From: a virus | Direction: 5' to 3' (one strand) | Length of the DNA: 39,452 nt | IMG/VR virus record: IMGVR_UViG_3300034069_000756 | Coordinates: 1-39,452 of that record | Shown: piece by piece, positions 7,370-14,350 of the stretch | How the letters are laid out: the number at the start of each line of letters is the position of its first letter | How positions within the stretch are numbered: the stretch's first letter is position 1 | The notes under the pieces: model-generated | Seen by the model: only the letters and a program-made list of their open reading frames with translations | What the model was told of the DNA's origin: nothing | Database searches by the model: none | Translations under genes and position numbers: made by a program

Positions 7370-7944
7370 AGCCCGGCCGTGTTCCCGTAGCTGACAACGC
7401 GACCGATGACAGAATACGGCTTCTCCGCCAAATCAACCACCGTATGCAGCGGATTGTTGGACACTGGCTCGAAGCGCGCCGGGTCGCCAACATAGCGTTT
7501 GACCGTCGTTTCGTGGTCTTCATTCTCGATGAGATAGACACGGCCTGCGTAAAGACGACGCTGGTCCGGATCGACCACAGCCCATCCGCCCTCGGGTAGC
7601 AGCTTGTCCATGCTGTCACCCTTGATCTCGACGCCGAAAGCGCGGTCGCCGGCCACGCCGCCTACCATCGGGAAACGGCGGATCGGTAGCTGAACCGCCT
7701 CGTTCCAACATCCCGCTGCGGCAAGCCCAATGACAGGTATCCACTGGATAGCCGGCCCCTCCTCCAGCTTGAGGAAGGATCGCAGCTTGGCGGCTTCTTC
7801 CAAACCCAGCTTTCGTGAGCCACGGAAGATATTGGACACGGCGGATTGGCTCGGCAAACCGGCCACCTCGGCCAGCCGGGTTTGGCTGACGCGCTGGTCC
7901 TTCGCCGCCTTCCGTATCCGCTCGACAAGTTCGCTCGCTGCCAT
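7366..7944 (-). CDS. CI/LexA-type phage repressor (HTH plus S24 peptidase domain), 192 aa
   Basis: HTH VSQTRLAEVAGLPSQSAVSNIF; Ala-Gly (LAAAGCW); GDSMDKLLPEG with a downstream TVKRY (Ser/Lys dyad). Start taken at MAASELVERIRK. Confidence 0.85.
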   Translation of the reverse strand: MAASELVERIRKAAKDQRVSQTRLAEVAGLPSQSAVSNIFRGSRKLGLEEAAKLRSFLKLEEGPAIQWIPVIGLAAAGCWNEAVQLPIRRFPMVGGVAGDRAFGVEIKGDSMDKLLPEGGWAVVDPDQRRLYAGRVYLIENEDHETTVKRYVGDPARFEPVSNNPLHTVVDLAEKPYSVIGRVVSYGNTAGL

Positions 7945-8013
7945 CGGGGCATAATGCCGCACATGCCAAGGGAGTGCGCCCTTCAAGATCGGATAACAAG
8001 GCCCTTGCGGAAC

Positions 8014-8030
8014 TATCCGGTTATCGGATA
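8014..8030. promoter_or_regulatory. Operator palindrome TATCCGGTTATCGGATA (OR-type) in the divergent repressor/cro promoter region
   Basis: 6+6 inverted repeat sharing the CGGAT half-site. It lies between TTGCGG (8005..8010) and TAGTAA (8029..8034), just upstream of the cro-like ATG. Confidence 0.6.
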
Positions 8031-8041
8031 GTAAGCGGTTC

Positions 8042-8293
8042 ATGGACGTGACCGCAGAGATTTTCGACGTTCTTGGAGGCGCGACGGCGATTGCCAACGC
8101 GATCTCCGAGCCGGTGCAGACCGTGCATAGCTGGAAGGCGAGTAAACGCATCCCGCCGTGGCGCCGAAAGCGGCTTCTCGATCTGAAGCCGGTAGAGGGG
8201 AAGGCTCTTTCTGCATCGGCCGTTCAGTACCTTGCGTCCAGCGAGCGCCAGCCGGCCACAAAGCCCGCTGAACAGCCGGCAAGGGCCGCATGA
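8042..8293 (+). CDS. Cro-like DNA-binding regulator
   Basis: Divergent from the repressor. LGGATAIANAISEPVQTVHSWKASKRIP is a YdaS/Cro-type HTH. Confidence 0.65.
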   Translation: MDVTAEIFDVLGGATAIANAISEPVQTVHSWKASKRIPPWRRKRLLDLKPVEGKALSASAVQYLASSERQPATKPAEQPARAA

Positions 8294-8628
8294 CCCCGCT
8301 TCACATCGCCCTCGCCCTCGCTGGCGTTTGCGCGCCTCTGTTCACCTACGGTGCCGCTCGCTCGCTGGTCCGGTTCTACGCCGATGCCGTAGCGGAGTGG
8401 CAACAAGTTCCCGCCCCAATTCCAGGGGCCGACCGCGCCGGCGGTTCTAGCAATGGCTATCCTGCGCCTCAAGGCGTCACAGCGAGAGGGGCGGCGGCGG
8501 CAGCCGATCATAGACTCGCTAAGGATGGCAACGGCGCACTTCACAACGGCGAGGCCTCGCGCTCGATCGCGCCAATGGTCGCGCGGGGCGTCGCCGCTTT
8601 TTCTTTCACGCCGGGGCGGCCCGAATGA
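8290..8628 (+). CDS. Hypothetical protein with an N-terminal hydrophobic helix (112 aa)
   Basis: ATGA overlap with the cro-like stop. Moderate GC3. Confidence 0.4.
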   Translation: MTPLHIALALAGVCAPLFTYGAARSLVRFYADAVAEWQQVPAPIPGADRAGGSSNGYPAPQGVTARGAAAAADHRLAKDGNGALHNGEASRSIAPMVARGVAAFSFTPGRPE

Positions 8629-8837
8629 GCGGGATCGCTCAGTTGCTGTACCGGCACGTCCTGCTTGAGCGCGTCAGGCCCGGCCTCACCGCCATCGGCG
8701 TGAGCATCCGCATCTCCCCACGACAGGGCCAGGCTCACCAGCAGCAACCTCGCAATGAGGATGCGGAACGGCTTCGGCCCGTCTTGCCAGCGAGGATGAT
8801 CCACAAAGTCCATAACGGAGGCAATAGCCGTGGCTGA
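8625..8837 (+). CDS. Hypothetical small basic protein (70 aa)
   Basis: ATGA overlap upstream, and its stop overlaps the next GTG start. Supported mainly by the unbroken coupling chain. Confidence 0.3.
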   Translation: MSGIAQLLYRHVLLERVRPGLTAIGVSIRISPRQGQAHQQQPRNEDAERLRPVLPARMIHKVHNGGNSRG

Positions 8838-9279
8838 TCCGGCAATCCCCCCACTCCACCGCGCCGTTTCGGGTTCGAAACTGATCGACACGCTCGCCGA
8901 GAGCCTGACAACGATCAAGGCCGAGGACGAGCTGACCGACGCTGACCTCGGCAAGGTCATGCACAAGGGCGTCGACGCGGGCAAAGCTTACCGCACCGGC
9001 TATGCCGAGATGGGCGCTGTAGCGCTCCTGCGCGCCATCGAGAAGTGGAACGGCCGCTTCGCCAACGACGCCTTCGCCCTGATCGGCATGAAGGTGACGC
9101 CTCTTAGCCGCGAGGTCTGCACCGATCAGTCGCTCCAGACGCGCCTTGCCAAGCTCATGGTCGAGGTGTCGCTGGCACTGGAAGACGGCAAGATCGATGA
9201 CCTTGAGATCGCCCGCATGAAGCGGACGCTAATCGAAGCTGGCGAGGCAATCGATTGCTACCGGGGTAAGGCAGCGTGA
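8830..9279 (+). CDS. CII-like (CP76-type) regulatory protein candidate
   Basis: GTG start with GGAGG 8 nt upstream. Position after cro; the C-terminal LALEDGKIDDLEIARMKRTLIEAGEAI resembles phage CII/CP76 regulators. Confidence 0.45.
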   Translation: MADPAIPPLHRAVSGSKLIDTLAESLTTIKAEDELTDADLGKVMHKGVDAGKAYRTGYAEMGAVALLRAIEKWNGRFANDAFALIGMKVTPLSREVCTDQSLQTRLAKLMVEVSLALEDGKIDDLEIARMKRTLIEAGEAIDCYRGKAA

Positions 9280-9422
9280 AGGCCCGCCCTGCCCCTGCCC
9301 GCTTCCCCTACCTCAATCACCGCACGGTGGCCGAGGTTTGGGACGACGAGGCCCGTATCGCCGCCCTGCCTCGGCAGCGCGAATACTACCCGCGCCCGAA
9401 CGCTCGCCGGAAAGTCGCATAA
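9276..9422 (+). CDS. Small hypothetical protein (48 aa, below the track cutoff)
   Basis: GTGA overlap upstream and TAATG overlap downstream. Hand-translated as VKARPAPARFPYLNHRTVAEVWDDEARIAALPRQREYYPRPNARRKVA. Confidence 0.35.
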   Translation: MKARPAPARFPYLNHRTVAEVWDDEARIAALPRQREYYPRPNARRKVA

Positions 9423-9634
9423 TGGGCGCTTCTCTCCACCGCCCCGGCAACAAGTCCTTCCAGGGCGCCCTTAGCGTCGAGCCCACGTACCATGAGGCCG
9501 AGCTAAGCTGCGCTGCGCTGCTCAAGGCAATGCTCTACACCGGGCAACACCGCATTAGCTATCCAGAAGCGGTCGCGTATGCCGCCAATCTCGGTTTTGA
9601 CCGGTTCAAGGTCAAAGAGGGGCGCGTCATATGA
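9422..9634 (+). CDS. Small hypothetical protein (70 aa)
   Basis: Internal M of ORF 9338..9634 (MGASLHRPGNK...), coupled at both ends. Confidence 0.4.
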   Translation: MGASLHRPGNKSFQGALSVEPTYHEAELSCAALLKAMLYTGQHRISYPEAVAYAANLGFDRFKVKEGRVI

Positions 9635-9807
9635 CGCTGAAGGAACGCCTCCGCTGGTCGCCGTGGTTTACGCCCACCCGCGACCCTCGCGCCGAAATGG
9701 AAGCCGATCTGGACCGGTGCCTCGCCAAGCGCCGGATCGTGCGCGCCGAGCGGAGTGCGGCTGCGCTGCGGGGCATCGCCAACAAATCCCGAGCCGGCCG
9801 GGCATGA
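9631..9807 (+). CDS. Small hypothetical protein (58 aa, below the track cutoff)
   Basis: ATGA overlaps at both ends. Hand-translated as MTLKERLRWSPWFTPTRDPRAEMEADLDRCLAKRRIVRAERSAAALRGIANKSRAGRA. Confidence 0.4.
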   Translation: MTLKERLRWSPWFTPTRDPRAEMEADLDRCLAKRRIVRAERSAAALRGIANKSRAGRA

Positions 9808-10217
9808 TCCGCTTCGTCGTTCCAGGTGTGCCCGTAGCGAAGGGCCGTCCCCGTCTCACGACGCGGGGCGGCTTCGCTCGCGCCTACACGCCAGGCAAGA
9901 CGGTCGCCTATGAAGGGCTAGTCGCGCACGCCGGGCAGGCCGCCATGGACGGCACGGCGCCGCTCGACGGCCCCTTGCGGCTAGAGATCGTCGCCACGTT
10001 CCCGATCCCGGCGAGCTGGTCGAAGAAGAAGCGCGCTGAGGCCGTAGAGGGCACCGCCTGGCACACCTCACGCCCAGACGGCGACAACATCCTGAAAGCG
10101 ATCGGCGACGGTCTAAACGGCGTCTGCTGGACCGACGATAGCCGCATTGCTTCCAGCGAGGTGGCCAAGCGCTACGGCGTGGTTCCTGGCGTTGAGGTGC
10201 GGGTGCTGCCTCTGTGA
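9804..10217 (+). CDS. rusA: RusA-family Holliday junction resolvase
   Basis: MIRFVVPGVPVAKGRPR...RPDGDNILKAIGDGLNGVCWTDDSRI carries the RusA signature. Confidence 0.85.
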   Translation: MIRFVVPGVPVAKGRPRLTTRGGFARAYTPGKTVAYEGLVAHAGQAAMDGTAPLDGPLRLEIVATFPIPASWSKKKRAEAVEGTAWHTSRPDGDNILKAIGDGLNGVCWTDDSRIASSEVAKRYGVVPGVEVRVLPL

Positions 10218-10414
10218 TGCGCAACCCCGGCACCCTTCCTTCAATCGCTATCGGCAAGCGCGTCATCGTCCGTCTGCGGAACGGTAGCGTCTGCGGCCGT
10301 GAGCCGGTCGGTAACGCCCTACCCAACGGCTGGGCGGCCGACGGGCGCTTCGGGTGCCGCTGGAGCCTGACGGGCTCCCCGTTCGACATTGTGGCGTGGG
10401 AGATCGCCGCGTGA
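10214..10414 (+). CDS. Small hypothetical protein (66 aa)
   Basis: GTGA-coupled to rusA. Confidence 0.4.
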   Translation: MMRNPGTLPSIAIGKRVIVRLRNGSVCGREPVGNALPNGWAADGRFGCRWSLTGSPFDIVAWEIAA

Positions 10415-10566
10415 ACACTGATAGCCGGCGTAAACAAGGACTCGACCGCTCGTGCCCTTCGTGCGGTGCGTTGCCTAACCATCAGTGCATCGGCGTTCGG
10501 GGAAAGCCGCGTCATGCTCTGCACGCTGATCATCATGCCCAAGCACGTGGGGAGTGTCCAGCGTGA
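10411..10566 (+). CDS. Small zinc-finger-like protein (51 aa, GTG start)
   Basis: GTGA overlap upstream. CPSCGALPNHQC...H..H cluster. Confidence 0.4.
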   Translation: MNTDSRRKQGLDRSCPSCGALPNHQCIGVRGKPRHALHADHHAQARGECPA

Positions 10567-11273
10567 GCGTCCGCCTCATGTCGGCCGTTTGGGACCTCGA
10601 CCTCCCGCCCGGCGAAAAGCTGGTGCTGCTCGCGCTCGCCGATCAAGCAAACGACGAGGGGCGCCAGTGCTGGCCGGCTGTCAGCACAATCGCGAAGCGC
10701 AGCGGGCAAGGCGAGCGTACCGTTCGTCGCGCGTTGCACGACCTTGAGGCGAAGGGGCACCTCACTCGCGATCATCGCGACGGCAGCAGCACGCAATACC
10801 ACGTTCACCCCTGCCAATCTGGCACCCCTGACAAATCGGCACCCCTGCCAAAAACGACCGCGACCCCTGCCAATTTGGCACCCAAACCATCAAGAACCAC
10901 CACTTCTCCGAAGACTACGTCTTCTCCGAAGAAGCGCGCGGCTAAGCCGCCCGCCTTCGTCCCGCCTAGCGATATACCGGAAGCTGAGTGGGACGGGTTC
11001 GAAGAAATGCGGAAGCGGATCGGCAAGCCGATGACGCCGAAAGCCCGCGACCTCGCCGTCACCCGGCTCCGCCGCCTTGCTGACGATGGCTACCCGCCGG
11101 GTGACGTGCTGAACCACTCCATCCTCAACAACTATCAGGGCCTGTTCCCTCCAAAGGACGAACGAAATGCAGCAGTTCAGCGAAACGGTGCGGCGGCTGC
11201 TCGACCAGCCAGCGGGTTCACGGCAGCTCTCCAGCGCGCCGCCGGCCATCGTCCGACCGACCTCGCAAGCTGA
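10554..11273 (+). CDS. Replication initiator (lambda O-like position; N-terminal winged-helix domain)
   Basis: VWDLDLPPGEKLVLLALADQANDEGRQCWPAVSTIAKRSGQGERTVRRALHDLEAKGHL is the HTH_36/replication-protein type wHTH. Alternative GTG start at 10563 (GTGA-coupled). Iterons lie inside the linker. Confidence 0.65.
   Translation: MSSVSVRLMSAVWDLDLPPGEKLVLLALADQANDEGRQCWPAVSTIAKRSGQGERTVRRALHDLEAKGHLTRDHRDGSSTQYHVHPCQSGTPDKSAPLPKTTATPANLAPKPSRTTTSPKTTSSPKKRAAKPPAFVPPSDIPEAEWDGFEEMRKRIGKPMTPKARDLAVTRLRRLADDGYPPGDVLNHSILNNYQGLFPPKDERNAAVQRNGAAAARPASGFTAALQRAAGHRPTDLAS
10805..10880 (+). repeat. Four iterons, (GGCA)CCCCTG(C/A)CAA: candidate ori inside the initiator gene
   Basis: CCCCTG starts at 10808, 10825, 10842 and 10864 (spacing 17, 17, 22 bp). 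A CTTCTCCGAAGA x2 direct repeat follows at about 10902..10935. Confidence 0.55.
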
Positions 11274-11769
11274 GTGCAACGCTCTCCGCGAATGGGCCGA
11301 AACTAGCGCGCCAAACCGCCCGGTCACCGCGTCGGTGGCCGAGCTGGCCGATTGCCTCTCGTTCATCGACGCCGCGTTGCCCTCGAAGAATGTGGACGAA
11401 GCTACCGGCGAGCGCCGAACCGCCGTCTACGCCAGCTTGCTCGGCAGCTACTCGACCGACGCGCTGGCGTTTATGGCCCGCGAGGCCTGCCGCACGCTCG
11501 ACTGGTTCCCGACGCCGCGCCAGTGCTTGGACTTGATTGCCGGCTATCGGCCTCCGGTGTCAGACCAGGAAATGGCGCTTCGGTTGTGCAGCGACTTCAC
11601 CCAAACCCAGCTTGAGCGCTGGCTGGACAATGTGCGCGATGGGCAACCACTCGGCGACGTGCCTGATCAATGGCTGCGGATCGCGGTCGAGCGGGGCCAC
11701 GTCCGCCGGCTGGATGACGGCAGCTACGTTTCGCGCGCCTCCTATCACACCTGTCTGAGGGCGGCATGA
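11167..11769 (+). CDS. Hypothetical protein in the replication module (lambda P-like position)
   Basis: 200-aa ORF overlapping the initiator 3' end by about 107 nt. No family recognised. Confidence 0.5.
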   Translation: MQQFSETVRRLLDQPAGSRQLSSAPPAIVRPTSQAECNALREWAETSAPNRPVTASVAELADCLSFIDAALPSKNVDEATGERRTAVYASLLGSYSTDALAFMAREACRTLDWFPTPRQCLDLIAGYRPPVSDQEMALRLCSDFTQTQLERWLDNVRDGQPLGDVPDQWLRIAVERGHVRRLDDGSYVSRASYHTCLRAA

Positions 11770-11818
11770 CCCTCACCGACAACTTCACACACAAGCGGCG
11801 TGCGCGCCGGCAGGAGGT

Positions 11819-12139
11819 ATGATGACTGAGTACGATCCTAAGCTGGTCGAGCGCATGGTAGCGTTGGTACGCGGCGTTGCCGCATGGGATAAGTCACCGT
11901 GGGAAGGCGATTTGGTCGAAGCGCATGCGGCGTTCGTAGAAGCCTGCGCCATCGTTGCTGAACTACCAGCACCGGTTGATCCCTACATGCTTGCCGCCCG
12001 TAAGTCGGTCGCGTTTGCGTTCACCAACTTAGGAAGTGAATTGGAGAGGCAAGTCATGGCAGGGCAGCATGATAGCTGCCAAGCTATTCAGTCGATCCTA
12101 GCAATGCGCGTCCGTGTCGAGCAGCAGGAGACGCGGTGA
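11819..12139 (+). CDS. Hypothetical protein (106 aa)
   Basis: GGAGG SD upstream. Somewhat lower GC than its surroundings. Confidence 0.55.
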   Translation: MMTEYDPKLVERMVALVRGVAAWDKSPWEGDLVEAHAAFVEACAIVAELPAPVDPYMLAARKSVAFAFTNLGSELERQVMAGQHDSCQAIQSILAMRVRVEQQETR

Positions 12140-12435
12140 TGCCACGTTTCCGTAAGCCAATGCCACCCGACTTCGCACGATACGCGGATAAGGAAGGCAA
12201 CCTGAAGCTGCGCAAACGGTTTGGTGTCGGTGGGCTGACGATTGAACTATGGCGGCGTCAGTTGGGCGTTAGGTTCACGCCTCCCGCGCCCAAGCACGTT
12301 CCCAAGATGACGGTCGCACGGCGAGTGAAGCGCTATGCGCGGCTACCCGATGAGCGCATTGAGGAGCTGGCCGACTTCGGAACTGACAGTCTGGCAACGG
12401 CACTAGACCTTCGTACATTCGAGCGAGAGTGGTAG
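12136..12435 (+). CDS. Hypothetical HTH-like protein (99 aa)
   Basis: GTGATG-coupled. FGVGGLTIELWRRQLGV looks like an HTH. Confidence 0.5.
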   Translation: MMPRFRKPMPPDFARYADKEGNLKLRKRFGVGGLTIELWRRQLGVRFTPPAPKHVPKMTVARRVKRYARLPDERIEELADFGTDSLATALDLRTFEREW

Positions 12436-12445
12436 CCTGCAAACT

Positions 12446-12784
12446 ATGCCGTGGCAAAAAGGACAATCGGGCAACCCGAACGGTGCAAAGCGGGTAACGC
12501 TCGCGAATGGCATGACCCTTCGTGATATGGCGCGCTCACACACCGACAAAGCGATCAAGGCGCTGGTCAAGGTCATGAGCGACGAGGCGTCGACCGATGC
12601 GGCCGTGATTGGAGCGGCTGTGGCGCTTCTGGACCGTGGCTGGGGCAAGCCTGCGCAGTCGGTGGAGATCACCGGCGCAGAGGGCGGCCCGATCGAGACA
12701 CTGGACGTGGGCAAGGCGCCTGCGGACGTGCTTAGGTGGATCGCGGCGCAGCAGAGTAGCGATGAAGCTGCCAGCACTCACTAG
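12446..12784 (+). CDS. Terminase small subunit (DUF5681-like)
   Basis: The N-terminus MPWQKGQSGNPNGAK is the characteristic motif. It lies immediately upstream of, and overlaps, TerL. Confidence 0.65.
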   Translation: MPWQKGQSGNPNGAKRVTLANGMTLRDMARSHTDKAIKALVKVMSDEASTDAAVIGAAVALLDRGWGKPAQSVEITGAEGGPIETLDVGKAPADVLRWIAAQQSSDEAASTH

Positions 12785-14192
12785 CCGCGACGTAGAAGCG
12801 GCTCGCAATGAACTGGCGCGGCGGTATCTGATCGACTTCACCCGGCGCACGTTGCCCGGCTATCAGCCCGCCGCGCATCACCTTCGGATTGCCGAGCGGC
12901 TTGAAGCGGTCGAGCGGGGCGAGATTGATCGGCTGATGATCTTCATGCCGCCTCGCCACGGCAAGAGCGAGCTGGCGACCCGTCGCTGGCCGGCATGGTG
13001 CATGGGCCGCGATCCCCGCATTCAGGTTGCCAGTGCCAGTTATAACAGCGATCTCGCGATGGACTTTGGCCGGCAGGTTCGCAACATCGTTGGCTCGGGT
13101 GAGTTTGCCAGCGTGTTCCCTGGTGTAGGCCTTTCGAGCGATAGCAAGGCCGCGAACCGCATGAACACCAACCGGGGCGGGACTTACGTCGCTGTGGGCG
13201 TGGGTCAGGCTCTTACGGGGCGAGGCGCGGACATTCTCTTGATCGATGACCCGTTGAAGGATCGCCAGGAGGCAGACAGCGAAACAGTCCGCAATGCGGT
13301 GTGGTCATGGTACACGTCGACGGCTTACACGCGGCTTATGCCTGGTGGCCGGGTCGTGGTCATCCAGACACGATGGCATGAGGACGACCTTGCCGGGCGC
13401 CTGTTGAACGACAAGGGCGGCGATCAGTGGGAGGTGTGCGAACTCCCGGCGATCAACGCCAGTGGTGCGGCGCTGTGGCCCGAGTGGTACGATGTGCCTG
13501 CCTTGCGCCGGATCGAGGCAGCAATCGGCCCGCGTGAGTGGGCGGCTCTATACCAGCAGTCACCGACGCTGGACGACGGTGGCTACTTCAAGCGCGACTG
13601 GTTCAAGCGCTGGACCACCCTGCCCTCGTTGCACCTCTACGGAACGAGTGACTATGCGACGAAAGACGGCTCAGGCGATTACACCGTTCATCACGTGTGG
13701 GGCGTTGATGCGTCGGGGTCGCTTTATCTCGTGGATCGCTGGCGGGGTCAGACTACCTCTGACGTGTGGATTGAACGTCAGTGTGACCTTATTCAGGCGC
13801 ATAAGCCGCTAGCATGGTTCGGCGAGGCCGGGCCTATCTATCGCGCCGTCGAGCCCGCTTTGATGCGCCGGATGCGTGAGCGGGGCTGCTACGTGCGGAT
13901 GGAAAACCTGCCGAGCATCAGCGACAAGCCGACCAGCGCGCGTGGGTTTCAGGCAAGGGCATCGATGGGCAAGGTCTATCTGCCCGACACTGGCGAGGGG
14001 GAAGCCGTGCTGGACGAGCTGCTACGCTTCCCGGCCGGCAAGTACGACGACGAGGTGGACGCCTGTTCCAAGATCGGCCGGGCACTTGATCAGGCCCACC
14101 CGGCGGTGGTGCAGGTGCAGACGATCAACCCGAACCCGCGCGATGGCTGGACCTCGCATCAGCGGCGTGATGAAGTGAGCGTCTGGGCTTAA
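12762..14192 (+). CDS. terL: Terminase large subunit
   Basis: Walker A PPRHGKSE, Walker B DILLIDDPL, and QTRWHEDDL, with a nuclease half at the C-terminus. Start taken at MKLPALTSRD. Confidence 0.9.
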   Translation: MKLPALTSRDVEAARNELARRYLIDFTRRTLPGYQPAAHHLRIAERLEAVERGEIDRLMIFMPPRHGKSELATRRWPAWCMGRDPRIQVASASYNSDLAMDFGRQVRNIVGSGEFASVFPGVGLSSDSKAANRMNTNRGGTYVAVGVGQALTGRGADILLIDDPLKDRQEADSETVRNAVWSWYTSTAYTRLMPGGRVVVIQTRWHEDDLAGRLLNDKGGDQWEVCELPAINASGAALWPEWYDVPALRRIEAAIGPREWAALYQQSPTLDDGGYFKRDWFKRWTTLPSLHLYGTSDYATKDGSGDYTVHHVWGVDASGSLYLVDRWRGQTTSDVWIERQCDLIQAHKPLAWFGEAGPIYRAVEPALMRRMRERGCYVRMENLPSISDKPTSARGFQARASMGKVYLPDTGEGEAVLDELLRFPAGKYDDEVDACSKIGRALDQAHPAVVQVQTINPNPRDGWTSHQRRDEVSVWA

Positions 14193-14206
14193 ACTGTCGG
14201 GAGCCT

Positions 14207-14350
14207 ATGCCCGAACAGAACGCCCGCGCCGCTGAGATTGCCCGCCTGGAGCAGATGCGCGCCATGTCCGAGCGCATGGGTTCGGGCTACCGCGACCGCA
14301 TCGCCGAAATCGATAAGCGACTGGCAAAGCTGAGGGAGGCGCAGTCGTGA
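14207..14350 (+). CDS. 47-aa coiled-coil protein between TerL and portal (below the track cutoff)
   Basis: Hand-translated as MPEQNARAAEIARLEQMRAMSERMGSGYRDRIAEIDKRLAKLREAQS. GTGA overlap with the portal start. Confidence 0.45.
   Translation: MPEQNARAAEIARLEQMRAMSERMGSGYRDRIAEIDKRLAKLREAQS

Noticed and set aside
8541-8984. Minus-strand ORF whose inner part (from M at 8813) looks like a signal peptide followed by a low-complexity protein.
   Set aside because: There is no SD (the upstream minus-strand sequence is the complement of the plus-strand GGAGG). It would interrupt an otherwise unbroken plus-strand chain of coupled genes. GC3 by eye does not favour it over the plus frames. It remains a minor alternative.
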